A DNA stretch of 63,080 bases, counting the filler. It is 4 parts of 4 records of this genome, joined end to end, with 100 filler letters (N's around TTAATTAATTAA, not from the genome) between each part and the next. Parts side by side here need not be neighbours in the genome. Positions count along the whole stretch, not along the records: positions 1 to 12,743 come from SRR31156797_1511; 3 more parts are not named here. The stretch is one strand, 5' to 3'. Below are positions 1-9,772 of this stretch, one piece after another. A program made the translations under genes and the position numbers. The number at the start of each line of letters is the position of its first letter. The stretch's first letter is position 1. Below the pieces are notes generated by a model. It had not been told where the DNA came from and made no database searches. It worked only from the letters and a program-made list of their open reading frames with translations.

Positions 1-88
1 GCATGCAAAAACCTAACCGGACATCACTGATATTTTTATGTTTTACTACGTTGGTTTGAGACATTCTGAAGGGAAGAAGGAAAAGCCC

Positions 89-1120
89 ATGAAAAGACAC
101 AGTCATTTATCAAAAAGCACTCCCAGCCTGTCAGTTGGTTTTATCCTTGTCCCAAACTTTACCTTGATTGCTTTTTCAGGATTCATTGCGGTGCTCAGAC
201 ACGCTGCTGACGAGGGAGACAAAAGCCGCCAGGTTCTTTGCAACTGGACCCTCATGGCGGAAAATCTCTCTCCGATCACCTCCAGCTGCGGCGTTCAAGT
301 CGCTCCCTGGGAAACATTCAGGGATCCCGGAGAATTCGATTATCTGGTCATTGTGGGAGGCCTGCTGCCGGAACGAGGCATGTACGACAAAAAAATCATA
401 AACTATCTCCAAAAGGCAAAGGAAAAAGAAGTGACCCTGGTGGGCCTGTGTACCGGCAGTTTTTACCTGGCAAAAGCGGGGCTCATGACAAACAGAAAAT
501 GCTGTGTGCACTGGTACCATTTCCAGGATTTCATTGACGAATTTCCCACCGCCATACCGGTAACCGATGAAATTTTCATCGAAGACAGGAAGTATATCAC
601 TTGTCCCGGCGGCACGTCGGTCACCGACCTTGCCCTGTTTCTCATCGAACGCCACCTGGGAAAGGACAGGGCCGTTAAATGCCTGCGCCACCTGCTCCTG
701 GACTGGGGACGCACCCACAACCATCCCCAGATGCCCTTTACCAAAAACTACTCCGATATCTCCGACCCAAGGGTACGAAAAGCCATCTTTTTCATGGAAC
801 AGAACCTGAACGAATCCCTAACCGCTACGGATATCGCTCACCATGTGAACACAAGCGCAAGACAGATCGAGCGGCTCTTCAAAATCCATTTGGACACATC
901 ACCCCTGGCCTATTTCAGGAAGGTGCGTCTCTCTTACGGAAAATGGCTCATTGAAAACACGGAAAAATCCATTACCGAGATCGCCTATGAATGCGGTTTT
1001 TCAGACGGTTCCCATTTTTCACGATGTTTTAAATCAAAATTCGGGCAAACACCGGCAGCCGTACGAAAAACCAAGGCAATGTCAAGAGAGCAATTGAACG
1101 CTGGCCCGATACGCCTATAG
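89..1120 (+). CDS. GlxA/GbdR-like AraC-family transcriptional regulator (DJ-1/PfpI sensor domain + AraC HTH)
   Basis: N-terminal GFILVPNFTLIAF...GLCTGSFYLAKAGL...VHWYH amidase-like domain; C-terminal SITEIAYECGFSDGSHFSRCFKSKFGQTP HTH. ATG at 89 follows a purine-rich RBS (ORF track opens at 38). Confidence 0.9.
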   Translation: MKRHSHLSKSTPSLSVGFILVPNFTLIAFSGFIAVLRHAADEGDKSRQVLCNWTLMAENLSPITSSCGVQVAPWETFRDPGEFDYLVIVGGLLPERGMYDKKIINYLQKAKEKEVTLVGLCTGSFYLAKAGLMTNRKCCVHWYHFQDFIDEFPTAIPVTDEIFIEDRKYITCPGGTSVTDLALFLIERHLGKDRAVKCLRHLLLDWGRTHNHPQMPFTKNYSDISDPRVRKAIFFMEQNLNESLTATDIAHHVNTSARQIERLFKIHLDTSPLAYFRKVRLSYGKWLIENTEKSITEIAYECGFSDGSHFSRCFKSKFGQTPAAVRKTKAMSREQLNAGPIRL

Positions 1121-3202
1121 TTTAAACCGCTTTACAAGGGTCTTCAATCCAGTGGCCAATTCGGCCATCCGGGCAGCATCCCTGTTGATCTCTTCACTTC
1201 CGTCGGATACGGTTTTAGCCCCCTTGTTAACATCCATGATATCGCCTGCGATCCGGGATACCCCCCTGTTACTCTCAAGAACCGTATCACTGACATCATT
1301 GACCGATGCCGCCACCGAATTGATGTTGCCGGAGATCTCTTTTGTGACAGCCGATTGTTCTTCGATGGCCGCGGCAATGGTTGTGATCATTTCGTTCACA
1401 TCATTGATAACGGATGAAATTCCGGATATTTCCGTGGTGGTGGACTCCGCCGCCCTCTGGATTCCCGCGATTTTTGATTTGCTCCCGGTGGTCGCGCCCG
1501 CCGTCTGTTTTGCCAGTTCCTTGATCTCTGTCGCCACAATGGCAAACCCCCTTCCTGAACTTCCGGCCCGGGCCGCTTCTATGGTGGCGTTCAGCGCCAG
1601 CAGGTTTGTCTGTTCGGAGATCTCGGTGATGGTTTCGGTGATGGCGCTGATCTCCCGGGCCGCCGTCAGCAACCGGCTGACCTGATCGGTTACCTCCCGG
1701 GCCCGGCGGACCGTCTCGGTACTTATTCTGCTTGCATTTTCAGTATTGCCGGCAATTTCATTCACGGTCGCGTTCATCTCCTCCACGGAAGCGGCCACCG
1801 CCTTGACATTGTCAGAGGCGTTCTCCATGGAGGAAGCGATGTCATTGAAGGTCTTGCTCATGCCGTCGGCATCGGCGGAAAGGGAATCGGATTTCAGGGA
1901 GGTCGCCTGGCTGCTTTCGGCAATCCCGGTCGCCCCACCATGGATGGTGACGGACGCCTCGTAAATCCGCTCGGAGCTGCCGGAAATGTTACCCACCATG
2001 GCGTGAAGATGGTCCACAAACAGATTGAACCATCCGGCCAGCTCACCGGCCTCGTCCGTGGTCCTGACATTGAGCCGCCGGGTCAGGTCCCCGTCCCCCT
2101 GGGCAACTTCCTTCAATCCCCCGGTCACTTCCAGGACAGGTTTCATGAGCATGCCCGAAAACCGGATGGTCAGGGGAACGATCAATACAAGGCAACAGGA
2201 GAAGACCAGCCCCAGCAGCTTGAACATCTGAAACGTATTGTCCCAGATGATCCTGCCCGACCTGAGCACGGCAATGCCGCCTTCATGCCCAACGGCGGAA
2301 CGGAGGGGCAGATACCCCTGGAAATAGGTCTCTTCCCCCAGCCTGACGGTTCCCAGGACCATGGCCCGGCTGTTATCCCCGGCTGTCTCGGCCCTGGCGT
2401 ACCCGGGCAGGCTGCCCCGGACAAGATCTTTTCCGGCAAACAGATTCACATCCAGGCCCGTCATCTGGGTCATTGCGCTGATAAAGGCGCCGTCCAGTTC
2501 CCTGACCGCCACCACGGCCCCTACGACTTCAGATACAAAATCATCGGTCTGCGGATTGTAGCGTTCCGCGGTGACAGGCACACGAGAGGTCAGGGCCATG
2601 CGGCTGCCGATCCTTTTGATCTCCGACACCGGCTGGTCGGCCAATGGTCCGTCAAGGCGGACCGTCAAATCAAATCCGCTGACCCCCTCTGATTTTTGCC
2701 AATCCTTGGTCTCAAGGTTTTCCCCTTGCTCGAACACCATGTAATGGACAGTGGGCCGTGGAAGGGCGCAATAGAAGCCGGAGACAAGCCCGTTGTTCGC
2801 CCTTGCTTCCGAAAAAGCCGTCAGGACTCCGTCCCGGTCATACAGGCCTATCTTCCACAAACCGCAGGAGACAAGAGAATTGAACAGGATATGGGAAAGC
2901 TTTTTATAGGTGGTCCCGGTAATGGATATATCGCCGGTACCGCTGTACTCCATCAAAAATTTTATCTTACCGCCCACCTTGTTCATATCGAGCATCCGGC
3001 CGGCATCAACGGTCATCTTGGTCTGTTTTGCCTTAAGGTCGTTACGGATATTCCGACTGCCGGCTTCCAGGCTATGATAAAGAGCAGTCCGGTTCTGGCG
3101 GTAAAGCACAACGGATACAGCCAATGAAGAGGCCGCCATGACAGTACCGACAACCACCAGCACCCCAAGAGTAATCTTCTTCTTCAAATTCAACCGTCCC
3201 AT
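1115..3202 (-). CDS. Methyl-accepting chemotaxis protein (2 TM, periplasmic sensor, HAMP, MCP signalling domain)
   Basis: ISEQTNLLALNATIEAARAGSSGRGFAIVATEIKELAKQT hairpin signature; HAMP GDLTRRLNVRTTDEAGELAGWFN; two hydrophobic TM segments. Confidence 0.95.
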   Translation of the reverse strand: MGRLNLKKKITLGVLVVVGTVMAASSLAVSVVLYRQNRTALYHSLEAGSRNIRNDLKAKQTKMTVDAGRMLDMNKVGGKIKFLMEYSGTGDISITGTTYKKLSHILFNSLVSCGLWKIGLYDRDGVLTAFSEARANNGLVSGFYCALPRPTVHYMVFEQGENLETKDWQKSEGVSGFDLTVRLDGPLADQPVSEIKRIGSRMALTSRVPVTAERYNPQTDDFVSEVVGAVVAVRELDGAFISAMTQMTGLDVNLFAGKDLVRGSLPGYARAETAGDNSRAMVLGTVRLGEETYFQGYLPLRSAVGHEGGIAVLRSGRIIWDNTFQMFKLLGLVFSCCLVLIVPLTIRFSGMLMKPVLEVTGGLKEVAQGDGDLTRRLNVRTTDEAGELAGWFNLFVDHLHAMVGNISGSSERIYEASVTIHGGATGIAESSQATSLKSDSLSADADGMSKTFNDIASSMENASDNVKAVAASVEEMNATVNEIAGNTENASRISTETVRRAREVTDQVSRLLTAAREISAITETITEISEQTNLLALNATIEAARAGSSGRGFAIVATEIKELAKQTAGATTGSKSKIAGIQRAAESTTTEISGISSVINDVNEMITTIAAAIEEQSAVTKEISGNINSVAASVNDVSDTVLESNRGVSRIAGDIMDVNKGAKTVSDGSEEINRDAARMAELATGLKTLVKRFKL

Positions 3203-3900
3203 ATTTCCCCCGTCGTTTTACTTCCCTTGGTTTTTTTAAGAATCCAGGTCCAAGCCTGCATGAACATGCTGATTCCCCCCCCCAGGCAGAGGTAGATAGC
3301 CACCAGGGGGGAATCCATGGACCAGAAGGCATGGACGCTTCCAAAGGGAATAAGAATGTGTCCCCCGGGGGGAATACTGATGACGGGACCGCCTTTCAGG
3401 TGCCAGGTTCCCCTGCCGGACAGGAGATAAAGGCATTCCGAGGCCGGATGGGCGTGGGGAGGATAGTAAATGTTGGGACTGAGCAGCATCACCCCCACGG
3501 TGACGGTTGAATTGGTAAAAAGGCCGTCCGGACCGATCAATTCAAAGCAGGCGTAGTTATTTACAAAATCCTTGTTGACATTCTGCCCGCGGTATCCGGG
3601 CTCAACCAGCCACCGGAGAAACGGCGTCAGGTCTTCAAGGCATTGAACCAGATCCCGGAATCCCAGATCCCTGGCATTTTCCAGGGCCTTTTCCCAGTGC
3701 CGGACGGCCGATTTCAGCTGGGGCTCAAGCCCGGCGTAGGTGCCGAACTCCTTTTCCAACTGCGTGAATATTTCCATGATTTCATTGTACTCGGGTTCTT
3801 CCGGAAGAACGTCTTCCTTCAACCGCCGCTGAATAATCTCCAGAAACGCTTTTATGGAACCAAACACTTTTTCCTTATCTGACAAATCATTCCCCCCCAT
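3190..3900 (-). CDS. Cupin of the DddL/DddQ-like dimethylsulfoniopropionate lyase family
   Basis: FVNNYACFELIGPDG...VGVMLLSPNIYYPPHAHPASECLYLLSG...VHAF matches the DMSP-lyase cupin pattern (YPxHxHxxxE...H). ATG at 3900 follows a GGAG RBS; the longer ORF to 4143 overlaps the upstream ATPase gene. Confidence 0.7.
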   Translation of the reverse strand: MGGNDLSDKEKVFGSIKAFLEIIQRRLKEDVLPEEPEYNEIMEIFTQLEKEFGTYAGLEPQLKSAVRHWEKALENARDLGFRDLVQCLEDLTPFLRWLVEPGYRGQNVNKDFVNNYACFELIGPDGLFTNSTVTVGVMLLSPNIYYPPHAHPASECLYLLSGRGTWHLKGGPVISIPPGGHILIPFGSVHAFWSMDSPLVAIYLCLGGGISMFMQAWTWILKKTKGSKTTGEIWDG

Positions 3901-3931
3901 GTTAATGATCTCCGCAGTTGACGCCGGCAGG

Positions 3932-4660
3932 TCAAGCCGGCTGCTCGTCGGATATGCCGAGATACATCTTGCGAATATGATCGTTACCCAGAAGGTTGTC
4001 GCTGGCGTCTTCCATGGCGATCCGCCCGTGTTCCATGACATAGGCCCGGTCGGCATATCGAAGGGTGGTATCCACGTTCTGTTCCACAATGAGGACGGTG
4101 ACGTTTTCATCCCTGAGCTTGTCAATGGTTTCGAACACTGCAACCACGTTCTCCGGAGAAAGGCCCATGGAGGGTTCGTCCAGGATGATCATTTTCGGAT
4201 TACACATCAATCCCCGCCCAATGGCCAGCATCTGGCGCTCTCCGCCGCTCATGGTGCCGGCCAGCTGTTTCCGCCGCTCCTTGAGACGCGGAAAGAGATC
4301 GTAGACGTATTCCAGGTTGTTATCGATCCGGCTGCTGTCCTTGATGGTATAAGCACCCATGAGCAGGTTGTCCCTGACCGACATGGACAGAAACAGGTTC
4401 CGCTCTTCGGGAATAAAGGCAAGCCCCTGCTGGACCAGTAGGTGGGACTGCATGCCCGTGATATCTTTTTCCATGAACGACACGGCTCCGTTCATGGGCG
4501 GCAGAATACCGGTAAGGCACTTCAGGATCGTTGTCTTTCCGGCGCCGTTGGGACCGAGAATCGCCACCACTTCGCCCTTTGAAATTTTGATGGAAAGGTC
4601 CCAGATGATCTGAAGATGACCATAGCCCACATCTAAATTCTTTACTTCAAGCATATTCAC
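3932..4660 (-). CDS. ABC transporter ATP-binding protein, LivF-like
   Basis: Walker A GPNGAGKT, MSGGERQMLAIGRGL, LDEPSMGLSP, VEQN. Confidence 0.93.
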   Translation of the reverse strand: MNMLEVKNLDVGYGHLQIIWDLSIKISKGEVVAILGPNGAGKTTILKCLTGILPPMNGAVSFMEKDITGMQSHLLVQQGLAFIPEERNLFLSMSVRDNLLMGAYTIKDSSRIDNNLEYVYDLFPRLKERRKQLAGTMSGGERQMLAIGRGLMCNPKMIILDEPSMGLSPENVVAVFETIDKLRDENVTVLIVEQNVDTTLRYADRAYVMEHGRIAMEDASDNLLGNDHIRKMYLGISDEQPA

Positions 4661-4663
4661 TCC

Positions 4664-5392
4664 TTACAACTTTGCATTGGCCCCAAGATACGCCTTGGAT
4701 ACCACGGGATCTTCCGAGATTTCCCCAGGGGTCCCATCGGCGATTTTCCGTCCGAAATTCAAAACAGCGATCTGGTCACACACGCTCATGATCAATTTCA
4801 TGAGATGCTCCACGATCAGAATCGAAGTGCCGTTGTCCCGGATTCGCAGAATCAGGGATGTGATATCCACAAGCTCCGACGGGGTCAGGCCGGCCGCGAC
4901 CTCATCCAGGAACAGCAGTTTACAGTCCGTTGCAAGCGCCCGTGCAAGTTCCAGCATTTTCAACTGCATGGTATTGAGGTTCTCCGCCACCACATCATGG
5001 CCCATGGGAAACTCTACGAAATCAAGCATTTCAACTGCCCGTCTGCGGGCATCGTGGTCGCGGTGGCTCTTGCCGAACACCGACCCCACCATCACGTTTT
5101 CAAGCACGGTCATCTGGGGAAAGAACTTGACGATCTGGTAGGTCCTTGCCATGCCGAAATGGCAGCAGCGGTTGGCCTTGAATCCGGTAATATCCTTCCC
5201 GTCCAGGATGACCCGGCCCTTGGTGGGGGCATAGGTGCCCGCAATGCAGTTTTGAAACGTTGTCTTGCCCGCCCCGTTGGGACCGATCAAACCGAGAATT
5301 TCTCCCTTTTTCAAAGTGATCGACACATCCTCGACCGCCTTCAGGCCTCCAAAAAATTTACACAACCCCTGTGTTTCTAAAATGATACTCAT
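4664..5392 (-). CDS. ABC transporter ATP-binding protein, LivG-like
   Basis: FGGLKAV, GPNGAGKT, LDEVAAGL, VEHLM, C-terminal VSKAYLG. Confidence 0.93.
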   Translation of the reverse strand: MSIILETQGLCKFFGGLKAVEDVSITLKKGEILGLIGPNGAGKTTFQNCIAGTYAPTKGRVILDGKDITGFKANRCCHFGMARTYQIVKFFPQMTVLENVMVGSVFGKSHRDHDARRRAVEMLDFVEFPMGHDVVAENLNTMQLKMLELARALATDCKLLFLDEVAAGLTPSELVDITSLILRIRDNGTSILIVEHLMKLIMSVCDQIAVLNFGRKIADGTPGEISEDPVVSKAYLGANAKL

Positions 5393-5482
5393 CCATGCCC
5401 TCTATTTTTTCGGATATTTTCGCTCTCCAGCCGGAATACCGGTTGAAACAGGGGACCGGCAGAGCCGGCGCCCCTGAAAACT

Positions 5483-6775
5483 CTACTTCATGTTTGCCGG
5501 GATGGCCAGGTCGGCCGCTTTCCACTCGTCGGGCCAGATGATCTTTGCCTTACCGTCAAAATACTGGGTCACCGGGAAAATGTAGTATCCCTTGCCAACC
5601 ACCGGATCGGGGAAGGTGTCAGGGATGTACTTGTACTCTTCCATGAGCAGGCCGTCAGTAAAGGTGAGCTTGCCGGTCATGACCTGTTCCTCGGCACACC
5701 GCATCAGGGTTTCCGTGGTCAGTTCACCGTATTTTTCCAGGGTGGTTTTCAGCACCTTGATGAAAAACAGGGCCGTGTCGTGGCAGAGCCCGGCAGAGGA
5801 CGCCCCCGGCTCAAATCCGAACCGGGCCTTGAAATCATCCCGGAACTTGCGGGCCTCGGGGGTGGTCCACTGGGGAATCTGGTCCAGCACGTAGTCTGAG
5901 GCGTTTCCGGTCAGTTTGTACCACTCGCCGACCCAGCCGAGACCATCGGAAAGAATCAGGCTCTTGACGCCGATCTCCCGGCTCTGCTTGATAAAAGCGG
6001 ATACGGACGGAGGATCGGACATGGAACCGACGGCCACGGATACGCGTTTACGTTTAATCTTGGAGAGAAGGGGATAAAACTCAGTCTCACCCAACTGCAC
6101 ATACTCTTCCCCGACGACTTCCCACCCGGCTTCCTGAAACTGTTTCTTGACCGCACCGCCAAAGGCCCGTCCCCAGTCGTTGTCAACACCGTACACAAGC
6201 ACTTTCCTGGATTTGGGCTTCCATGTCCCGTTGGCGATGGCGGTCTCAAGGGACTCGATATAGCCGATGCTCAGCTTCTCGGCCAGGGGCCAGGTTTTAC
6301 CAACCCAGTATTTGTACTTTTCGGGATTGGAGTTGTACTTGTCGTTCATGATCTTGCCCGCACCAAAGCTGAAGAAATGGGGCAGCTTATATTTGGAAGC
6401 GACCTCCATGCAGGATGCGGAGACCCAGGAATGCCAGGTATTGTACCCCACATCGATCTTGTCCCGGACAATGGCCTTTTCATAGGCTTTTGCCGCTTTT
6501 TCCGCATCCGACTCCGAATCAACCCATACGAACTCCACCTTGTAATCGCCGATTTTCCAGCCGATTTCATCAAAGGCCATGGTAATGGAATTCTTAAACT
6601 CCTGCCCCACCCGGGAGGCCGGCCCGGTAAAGGGACCGATGGAACCGACCTTGAGGACCTTTTCAGCCGCCGAGGCGGAAAACGCCATGCCTGAAAGTAT
6701 CACGGCCGCCGCTATGACAAATGCAAGTCCCCTGGTTAATATGCCTGATCCAACTCTCTTTGATCTGTTTTTCAT
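5483..6775 (-). CDS. ABC transporter substrate-binding protein (LivJ/HAAT family)
   Basis: Signal peptide ending ASAA; KVGSIGPFTGPASRVG periplasmic-binding-protein type 1 start; lies among Liv-like permease and ATPase genes. Confidence 0.88.
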   Translation of the reverse strand: MKNRSKRVGSGILTRGLAFVIAAAVILSGMAFSASAAEKVLKVGSIGPFTGPASRVGQEFKNSITMAFDEIGWKIGDYKVEFVWVDSESDAEKAAKAYEKAIVRDKIDVGYNTWHSWVSASCMEVASKYKLPHFFSFGAGKIMNDKYNSNPEKYKYWVGKTWPLAEKLSIGYIESLETAIANGTWKPKSRKVLVYGVDNDWGRAFGGAVKKQFQEAGWEVVGEEYVQLGETEFYPLLSKIKRKRVSVAVGSMSDPPSVSAFIKQSREIGVKSLILSDGLGWVGEWYKLTGNASDYVLDQIPQWTTPEARKFRDDFKARFGFEPGASSAGLCHDTALFFIKVLKTTLEKYGELTTETLMRCAEEQVMTGKLTFTDGLLMEEYKYIPDTFPDPVVGKGYYIFPVTQYFDGKAKIIWPDEWKAADLAIPANMK

Positions 6776-6869
6776 CTGAATTTTTCTCCATTATTAGAAA
6801 CGCTGTTGTTTCAATTTATCTGTAAGAAAACTCACCTCAAGCCTTGTTTGGTATTTACGTCCTCCTTTT

Positions 6870-7910
6870 CTAGTGTTTTTTTATTGCCATCTCGCCCGGC
6901 ACATCCACGACATCAACGGCCTCTTGGAACTTCCCTGAAAAACGGCTGAGGATGTTTTCCCACAAGCCGGCCAGCCCCTTGGGATAGTAAATCATGACAA
7001 CGATCATCATGGCTCCGTACAGGATCAAACGAAACTCCATGAGATCCTTCATGAATTCCATGGCGGGAATCATGACCAGGGCGGCGGCAAAAGACCCCCA
7101 GATGGTTCCCCTGCCCCCGATATAGGCAATGGCCATGATCTCAACCGTATGGCTTGTATGCATCAAGGTGGGGGTCAGGATACCGATAAAATGAGCGTAA
7201 AAGCCCCCAAGAAGCCCGGCCAGGGCACAGGACACGGTGAAATTCATTACCTTGTACCGGGTGGCGTCCACCCCTGACGAGGCCGCGGCATCCAGGTCCT
7301 GTCCAATGGCCCTGAAGGCAAGGCCGATGTGGGACCGGGTAATGCAGACAAGCACAATATAGATCACGAGCACCATGACCAGTACGATGTAATAATAGGG
7401 CCAGTTTTTGACGCTCTCGAACAGCAGGGGAATGGTGATGCCGGCATACCCCTGGGTGAGATCCACCATGTTGCCCGTGGCGGACATGAGGGCCAGGGCC
7501 ACGAACCAGGTCATGCACGATGCAAAGATGCCGCCCAGCCGCAGGGTGAGAAGCCCCAGGCCAAACCCGAGAACCGCCGCCACAAGAGCGCCGAAGGGAA
7601 TGGTGATTAAAGGCGACCAGCCCAGTTTCACCACCAGCAGGCCGGAGGTGTATGCCCCCATGCCCATGAAGGCGGCATACCCGAAATTAACGATATTGAT
7701 GAAACCGGCCGTAAAATCAAAGGCCATGGCAAGGCCCGCAAACATGAGGGCCGAGATCAAAAGCCGCAGTATGAACTCATCATGTATGAACAGGGGAATC
7801 AGGGCGATCACCCCAAGAAGCCCCAGCCCCAGGGGACTCAGCCCCAGTTTTGACAGGCGTTGCTTCCACCCGCCGGTTATTGTATTCATGTTGTTTTTTT
7901 CCGTTTCCAT
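6870..7910 (-). CDS. Branched-chain amino acid type ABC permease, LivM-like
   Basis: NFGYAAFMGMGAY, GLAFRAIGQDLDAAASSGV, YIGGRGT; highly hydrophobic. Confidence 0.92.
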   Translation of the reverse strand: METEKNNMNTITGGWKQRLSKLGLSPLGLGLLGVIALIPLFIHDEFILRLLISALMFAGLAMAFDFTAGFINIVNFGYAAFMGMGAYTSGLLVVKLGWSPLITIPFGALVAAVLGFGLGLLTLRLGGIFASCMTWFVALALMSATGNMVDLTQGYAGITIPLLFESVKNWPYYYIVLVMVLVIYIVLVCITRSHIGLAFRAIGQDLDAAASSGVDATRYKVMNFTVSCALAGLLGGFYAHFIGILTPTLMHTSHTVEIMAIAYIGGRGTIWGSFAAALVMIPAMEFMKDLMEFRLILYGAMMIVVMIYYPKGLAGLWENILSRFSGKFQEAVDVVDVPGEMAIKKH

Positions 7911-7934
7911 GGTTAACCTCTCCCTTTGTTATTC

Positions 7935-8837
7935 CTATTCAACCGCACTTTTCACGCCGGAGTTTCCAAACAGTCCGCTGGGCTTGAACAGCAGAATCAG
8001 GATGATGATCGTAAGACTGATCACATCCTGCCACCCGCCGGAGAAATAGGAGTAGGTGATGGTTTCAAGCAGCCCCACGAGAAGGCCGCCGATGATGCTG
8101 CCCCCCACATTTCCCATGCCGCAGAGGATGAGCACGAACCATGACTTGTACAGGGGCTGAACCCCCATGGTGGGATAGGCCGGATTGATGGAAAGAAGGC
8201 AGGCGCCGGCAATACCGGCAAGCAGGGCGCTCAGGGCAAAGGTCAGGGTATGGATATAATTCAGGTCGATGCCCACGAGCCCGGCGCCGGTCTCATCCTG
8301 GGACACGGCCCGGATGGCGCGGCCCGTACGGGTTTTGTTCAGAAAAAAGATCAGGGAGGAGATGGAAATAACGGCAATGAGAAATCCCACTCCCCGGTCC
8401 ATGGAGATGGACATGGAGGAGATGCCACGTATGCGGCCTTCCCAGTACTGGGTAATCCCGTAATAGGTGCTGCCCCAGAAAAGCTTTACCGAATTCTGAA
8501 GGATGATGGAAATGCCCAGGGTAACAAGAAAGGAATTCATCAGCCACTGTTTTTTAGCCCGCTGGCGAAGGGGATAGAAAAACGCCTTTTCAAGGATGGC
8601 GCCAACGATAAAGGTCATCAAAGCCGCAAAAATCAGCGACGGGATGGGGCCAAGATGGAGAAAGGTAAAGGCGAAATACGCAAAATACGCCCCAAGCATA
8701 TAGAGCTCGCCATAGGCAAAATTGGCGATGTTCATCACCCCGAAAACCAGGGATAGCCCGACCGCCATGAGGGCATAGATTCCACCTCGCAATATGGCGG
8801 TGACAAGCAGATCCCACCATTCCACTAACAGTTCCAT
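7935..8837 (-). CDS. Branched-chain amino acid type ABC permease, LivH-like
   Basis: GGIYALMAVGLSLVFGVMNIANFAYGE, TGRAIRAVSQD, FKPSGLFG. Confidence 0.92.
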   Translation of the reverse strand: MELLVEWWDLLVTAILRGGIYALMAVGLSLVFGVMNIANFAYGELYMLGAYFAYFAFTFLHLGPIPSLIFAALMTFIVGAILEKAFFYPLRQRAKKQWLMNSFLVTLGISIILQNSVKLFWGSTYYGITQYWEGRIRGISSMSISMDRGVGFLIAVISISSLIFFLNKTRTGRAIRAVSQDETGAGLVGIDLNYIHTLTFALSALLAGIAGACLLSINPAYPTMGVQPLYKSWFVLILCGMGNVGGSIIGGLLVGLLETITYSYFSGGWQDVISLTIIILILLFKPSGLFGNSGVKSAVE

Positions 8838-8959
8838 AAAACACTCCTTTTAACAGCAATATTGATAATTTATCTTTACAGCGGCAAACGGACAGTCACG
8901 GATTTTCCTGGGCCCGGCCCGTCCTGAACGGATCAGAACGGTCGGCAGGCCCCCTTGTT

Positions 8960-9745
8960 TTATACATGGCCGTAGTAGTCCCTGTGGGCCACGACGGAAT
9001 AGGCATAGTCCAGCAGGGTTCCCCAACTGAAAACGGGCAGGTCGACCCGTTGCTGAACCGCCCTGGCAAAGGGCTGCATGCCCGTGCACTCGAGCATGAT
9101 GGCGCCGACATCCGGGTGTTCCCGGACCACGGTCTCGCAGGTTTTCACCATCTGCGCCTCGGCCTTGTCATAATAAATTTCCGGGCAGTCGGGCCGTTTT
9201 TCAGGATCCCAGAGATTGTCGAATTCCGTGCACCCGTACTCATCCTGGGCGCCGGCGATGACGATGTTCGAATCCGGATCGATGCCCACATTTCTCAGGT
9301 GGGTCTCCGTGAGGAACCGCTTCTGGGCGCAGACAATGCCCACCTTTTTTTTCGGTCCGATGATCTGCTGGATGAAGGGCACCTGGAGAAGGCTGGACAT
9401 GAAAGCCGGGATGTCCACGGCGCCGGCCACATCCTTCTGGAAATAGGCGAAGTAGCCGCATTCAGCCGCAATGGCGCGGCATCCCATACGCTCGAGCTTT
9501 TTTGCGGCCGCAAGGATCGGCTCCCGGCAGGGGGTCTTGTCCTGCTCCCACACCAGGGTGTGGTTGTCCACGCCCTCGCAGATCTCATACTGGATGGGAT
9601 AGGGAAAGGCGCTGGCGTTCCGGACATCCCCGGGGAACCCGGGATAGGCATCGTCCAGCACCATGATGCCGATGCCCATGCCGTAACAGGTGTGATTCTT
9701 TCGTGTCTTGATATAATTGATCGCCATATCACGGTTTAAATACAT
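8960..9745 (-). CDS. Aspartate/glutamate/hydantoin racemase superfamily protein
   Basis: PGDVRNA motif and the two catalytic-type cysteines AECGYF and LECTGM. Confidence 0.8.
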   Translation of the reverse strand: MYLNRDMAINYIKTRKNHTCYGMGIGIMVLDDAYPGFPGDVRNASAFPYPIQYEICEGVDNHTLVWEQDKTPCREPILAAAKKLERMGCRAIAAECGYFAYFQKDVAGAVDIPAFMSSLLQVPFIQQIIGPKKKVGIVCAQKRFLTETHLRNVGIDPDSNIVIAGAQDEYGCTEFDNLWDPEKRPDCPEIYYDKAEAQMVKTCETVVREHPDVGAIMLECTGMQPFARAVQQRVDLPVFSWGTLLDYAYSVVAHRDYYGHV

Positions 9746-9772
9746 GTTTCTCTCCTTTCTGAAATATCAATG

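Noticed and set aside
3901-4143. N-terminal extension of the cupin ORF
   Set aside because: Overlaps the LivF-like gene in another frame; a good RBS and ATG exist at 3900.
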